From: a virus
Reading direction: 5' to 3' (one strand)
DNA length: 64,000 nt
IMG/VR virus record: IMGVR_UViG_3300032516_000003
Span: 1,341 to 65,340 of that record
In this document: positions 60,563 to 64,000 of the stretch, in pieces
How positions within the stretch are numbered: position 1 is the first letter of the stretch
Layout: each line of letters opens with the position of its first letter
The notes under the pieces: generated by a model
The model's database searches: none
What the model saw: only the letters and a program-made list of their open reading frames with translations
What the model was told of the DNA's origin: nothing
Made by a program: the position numbers and the translations under genes

Positions 60563-61201
60563 GTGTCTGGCTTCGGTACCCAGTTCGGTGTTGGATGGTA
60601 CGGCCTGGAGTTGGATGAAGGCCTTCTGATCTTTCCAGGCCTGATGACGGGAGTGACGCTCATGCCCAAGACCCAGTTCCAGTCGACTGAGAAGCTCCGC
60701 GTCCGCCTGCCACCGTTCCTCAACAAGAACGACTGGTCCTACATCATGGGTACCGACCAGGCGACCATCTCCGTGAAGTGCCCCGACAACGCCGTGCTGA
60801 CGTCGGGCTCTGGGGGCGTGCCAGCCGCCTCCTACGACAGCGACATGAAGATGTGGTCACTCGATCTCGACGTGAGCTACTACACGGCGCACCACGCCTC
60901 CGCGACCAACGAGTGGAAGGTCTACGCCATCAGTGATGACGCCAGCTACGTGCCCCAGTGGGCTTCCTACTTCTGGGGTGACTACGTCGATGACATCACG
61001 GCGGTGAAGACGCTGGTGACCGCGATGGGAGGCGACGTCGCGATCTTGAAGAAGATCGCCACTGGTCGGTGGCGCGTCACCTCCGGGAACCAGTTCATCA
61101 TCTACGATACGGACGGCTCTACGGTCCTGTATCGCTTCAACTTGAAGGACCTCATGGGCCTGCCGACCAGCGACAACATCTACGAGCGCGTTCCGGTGTA
61201 G
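60563..61201 (+). CDS. hypothetical protein (GTG start), 212 aa
   Basis: GC3-rich ORF. Confidence 0.6.
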   Translation: MSGFGTQFGVGWYGLELDEGLLIFPGLMTGVTLMPKTQFQSTEKLRVRLPPFLNKNDWSYIMGTDQATISVKCPDNAVLTSGSGGVPAASYDSDMKMWSLDLDVSYYTAHHASATNEWKVYAISDDASYVPQWASYFWGDYVDDITAVKTLVTAMGGDVAILKKIATGRWRVTSGNQFIIYDTDGSTVLYRFNLKDLMGLPTSDNIYERVPV

Positions 61202-61291
61202 CCACGGCAGCGCCTGTCGGGGTACACTCGTAGAAGGAGGTCTTCGTGCACCAGGCACGGAGCCATGGAGCCCAGTGCATAAGGGCTATTG

Positions 61292-61567
61292 ATGGACCCC
61301 GCTACCATCAAACTTCTAGTGCAGTTGGGGACTTACGGCCCACTTGGAATCATGGCCGCACTAGGTTTCCTACTCTTTCTCTTCGAGCGCCGCAAGAACG
61401 AGAAGCTCACGGAGAAGTTGCTGGAAGTCAGTCTGGCGAGCATCCAAGCAGCATCGGAGCACAGCAAAGCCTATGCGCCGCTGGAGCGGGTGTTCGACCG
61501 TGCGATCGACGTGCTTGCTGATCAGAGGTCTTTTTTGGAGAGGGGACATGAAAACTCCAAAGGCTGA
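61292..61567 (+). CDS. small membrane protein with one TM helix (holin-like candidate), 91 aa
   Basis: GPLGIMAALGFLLFLF hydrophobic helix then charged helical C-terminus. Confidence 0.5.
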   Translation: MDPATIKLLVQLGTYGPLGIMAALGFLLFLFERRKNEKLTEKLLEVSLASIQAASEHSKAYAPLERVFDRAIDVLADQRSFLERGHENSKG

Positions 61568-61907
61568 TCCCAGCTCCATCGGCAACATCCTCCTCCGCAT
61601 GAAGCTGGTCACCCGGGACCAGCTCGACGCCATCACCGAGGAACAGCACCACATGCGAGAAGATCACATGATGGGCAACCTCATGGTGGTGAAGGGCTGG
61701 ATCACGAGGGAGCAGCTGGAGCTCGCCCTGGCGGCGCAGAAGGGGATGCGGACTGGTGGGCGCAACGGACAGGCTCTGGCAGTAGCCGAGCTCTGCCTGG
61801 CGCACTCCAAGTCTAGTACAGAACATCGGGCCCGAGTACTGGAGAAGGGCGCCGTCGTCGAACAGACTTTCATGAGCATGCGCCTCGCTGGTACTCGTCG
61901 GGCCTAG
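61548..61907 (+). CDS. hypothetical protein, 119 aa
   Basis: GGAGAGGGGAC-ATG. Confidence 0.55.
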   Translation: MKTPKADPSSIGNILLRMKLVTRDQLDAITEEQHHMREDHMMGNLMVVKGWITREQLELALAAQKGMRTGGRNGQALAVAELCLAHSKSSTEHRARVLEKGAVVEQTFMSMRLAGTRRA

Positions 61908-61951
61908 CCAAAGCCTCGGGAAGCTAGTAGGATCGCTGATAAGGCCTGGCC

Positions 61952-62491
61952 ATGTCAGCGGTCTACAGCGTCGGGGACATCGTTCCTCTGGCTCTTCTGC
62001 TGGAGGATGGCAACGAGACTCAGTATCCCCAGGCCGAGGTCTACGCGGCCGGTGGCACGTCCCCGCTGGCGACGCTTGACCTAGTGCACAAGGCCCGGGG
62101 CCGGTACGAGGCCAACTACACGCTCACTGCCGCCGGCGTGCGCACGGTTGTCTTCATCACCTACGCGGACACGGCTCATACGGTCGAGAACATTACCTAC
62201 TCACGCGAGCAGGAGCAGCTCATCATCACGCAGTATGGCATTGATGATCTCGCACTTCAGCTCATACGGGTGTTGGGCCTGGTCCACGAGAACGCCTTCA
62301 TCGACAACACCGTACACGATACCCTCGACCAGCTGGTGGCCGCCCGGGTACGGGTCTTCGACTCCAAGGAACACTGTGAAGCCGCCACCGATGGTGGCTA
62401 CGAAACCTTGGGTCTTGTTGCCACCTACGAGATCGCTACCACGTACGAGTCCCAGGGCCGCATGGGCACCTACCGGATGAAGAAGGTGTGA
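61952..62491 (+). CDS. hypothetical protein, 179 aa
   Basis: GC3-rich ORF. Confidence 0.6.
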   Translation: MSAVYSVGDIVPLALLLEDGNETQYPQAEVYAAGGTSPLATLDLVHKARGRYEANYTLTAAGVRTVVFITYADTAHTVENITYSREQEQLIITQYGIDDLALQLIRVLGLVHENAFIDNTVHDTLDQLVAARVRVFDSKEHCEAATDGGYETLGLVATYEIATTYESQGRMGTYRMKKV

Positions 62492-62492
62492 C

Positions 62493-62795
62493 ATGGCCAC
62501 TGGTGTCGCCATCGCCACTCGCGGCATGATCAATTACTTCTACTACCAGGAAGAGCATTTGGTCAGCCTCGACAAGCCGCAATTCCGCCAAGCGGTCGAG
62601 GTGCGGCCCAAGATCCGCTACGCCGGGACGCCACCGGTCGGCGCTATCACCGCACCCCACATCACAGCCACGCTGGAGCTGAAGCCGGAATCCATCGGGG
62701 TCACGGCTCCAGCGCCGCCCGCTGACGACATGAAGCCGGTCCCGGTCGTGGCGATCAACTTGCGGCCGGTCATCAAGAAAATCGAGGAAGAGTGA
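62493..62795 (+). CDS. hypothetical protein, 100 aa
   Basis: AGAAGGTGTGAC-ATG. Confidence 0.55.
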   Translation: MATGVAIATRGMINYFYYQEEHLVSLDKPQFRQAVEVRPKIRYAGTPPVGAITAPHITATLELKPESIGVTAPAPPADDMKPVPVVAINLRPVIKKIEEE

Positions 62796-63739
62796 TGGCC
62801 GTCATCAAGATCAAGCTCTTCGTCCCGGAGATTGCCAACGTCCTCACGCTGTTCAACAAGATCCAGGTGCAGCGGTCCGAGGCGGGCACCCCCTACACGG
62901 ATGCCAAGTTCATCACCGCCGACACGGCCGCCAAGCCCGAGCTGCAGGGCACCACCGAGGGTCCATTCACCATCCAGGGGCAGTCGCTCAAGCTCAAGGT
63001 GGACGGGGGAGCCGAACAGAATATCACTTTCGTGTCTGCCAACCCGGCGGTCATCAGTCGCATCGTCGATGAGATCAACACGGACCTCACGGGCGTAACC
63101 GCCTCTTCGGTCGGAGGCAAGCTGAAGCTACAAGGTGACCTGGCAGGGACCTTCGGCATCCTGGAGCTCACGGGAGGCACGGCGCTTACGACCCTGGGCT
63201 TCACGACCGGCCAGAAGGACAATGGTGAAGATGCCCACATCTCGCTGCAGTCGGGCGTGGACTCGTACGAGTACGACGATGGCAGCGGCGCGGCGAGCTA
63301 CTGGTACCGCACCCGCTTCTACCATACGACCTCAGGGGTCTACAGCTCCTGGTCGGACTGGATGCAGGGGTCGACTGGCGGCGCCATCACGGCCAGCTTG
63401 CTCACGGTGGGGAAGATCAAGCTGGCCAACATCGATGGCACAGCCATGGTCAACTGTCGGGTCACGATCGTCAACGTCTTCAATCCGCTCTCGGCCGGAG
63501 GCTACTTCCTGGCTGGGGCTAGCAAGAGCTTCCTGACAGACGGCATGGGTCAGGGCGAGATCACGCTGGTGAAGGGTTCCATGGTGGATGTCATTCTCGA
63601 AGGCACCTCTGTGACTCGCCGGATCGTGGTACCATCCTCAGGCACGGAGTTCGATCTGATGGATGCCACACTGGTGCAGGATGACCCGTTCAACATCCAG
63701 GTGCCGGACCTGCCAGCGGCCGCGCGAAGGAGTCTGTGA
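62795..63739 (+). CDS. hypothetical structural protein, 314 aa
   Basis: GAGGAAGAGTG-ATG, ATGA coupling. Confidence 0.65.
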   Translation: MAVIKIKLFVPEIANVLTLFNKIQVQRSEAGTPYTDAKFITADTAAKPELQGTTEGPFTIQGQSLKLKVDGGAEQNITFVSANPAVISRIVDEINTDLTGVTASSVGGKLKLQGDLAGTFGILELTGGTALTTLGFTTGQKDNGEDAHISLQSGVDSYEYDDGSGAASYWYRTRFYHTTSGVYSSWSDWMQGSTGGAITASLLTVGKIKLANIDGTAMVNCRVTIVNVFNPLSAGGYFLAGASKSFLTDGMGQGEITLVKGSMVDVILEGTSVTRRIVVPSSGTEFDLMDATLVQDDPFNIQVPDLPAAARRSL

Positions 63740-64000
63740 TGCTTCCGGTCTACTCCTTCTTCGACGAGTTGCAGAAGATCGCCTTCGGTCCGACCGAGAT
63801 GCGGAAGGTCCTTTCGCTGAGCGCCAAGAAGGCCCTCAAGATGCCGGCGGGCCAGCTGCCAGTGGGTTCGGTGGCCTTCCCGAAGTCGATCGTTCCGGCG
63901 CAGCGTGGCGCGGTTCAGACAGCTCTCAGTGCGGGGCAGATTTCCCCTGAACAAGCCTCGTCCTTCCTGCAGGTAGCCCGACACGGTGAGGGCAAGATGG
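63739..64000 (+). CDS. hypothetical protein, 3' end cut by window (SFFDELQKI N-terminus, third paralog)
   Basis: ATGA coupling; carries 24-nt exact repeat of 44528-44551. Confidence 0.55.
   Translation, partial: MLPVYSFFDELQKIAFGPTEMRKVLSLSAKKALKMPAGQLPVGSVAFPKSIVPAQRGAVQTALSAGQISPEQASSFLQVARHGEGKM

Noticed and set aside
1-64000. CRISPR arrays, tRNA/tmRNA genes, integrase/attachment site, transposase
   Set aside because: No regularly spaced short repeats, no GGTTCGAATCC-like T-loop in any intergenic region, and no tyrosine/serine recombinase or DDE motifs on either strand. Absence is limited to this window.

Overview
High-GC (~64%) window that reads as one contiguous piece of a tailed dsDNA phage or prophage genome. 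About 110 genes are predicted, nearly all with AGGAGG-type Shine-Dalgarno sequences, GC-rich third codon positions and frequent ATGA start/stop coupling. No rRNA, tRNA, CRISPR array or integrase was found. Layout: (i) 1-30 kb, a + strand early/DNA-metabolism block. It holds many small Zn-ribbon ORFs, HTH regulators, HNH endonucleases, an HD phosphohydrolase, a deoxynucleoside kinase, a T4 gp1-like dNMP kinase, RNase HII, a ParB-like protein, a lytic transglycosylase, a GroES-like protein, an amidase endolysin, a SET-domain protein, and a histone-fold protein next to an H1-like Lys/Ala-repeat protein. (ii) 30.2-35.2 kb, an inverted minus-strand operon with an Rnl2-like (KxNG) polynucleotide ligase, a DUF262/ParB-superfamily nuclease-like protein, a (GGC/GGA)n-containing gene and many tiny coupled ORFs. 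(iii) 35.6-64 kb, a siphovirus-like tail module (1300-aa tape-measure-like protein, Dit-/Tal-like proteins, BNR-sialidase, Kelch propeller, two long fibres) interrupted by a sigma-factor gene and free-standing HNH endonucleases. The most interesting signals are a possible phage chromatin toolkit (histone fold + H1-like + SET), the inverted ligase/nuclease island, recurrent TGGYATAAG extended -10-like boxes, and several places where coding signal switches frame without a stop (overprinting, programmed frameshift or indel errors). All functional calls are from motif recognition by eye; no database search was run.
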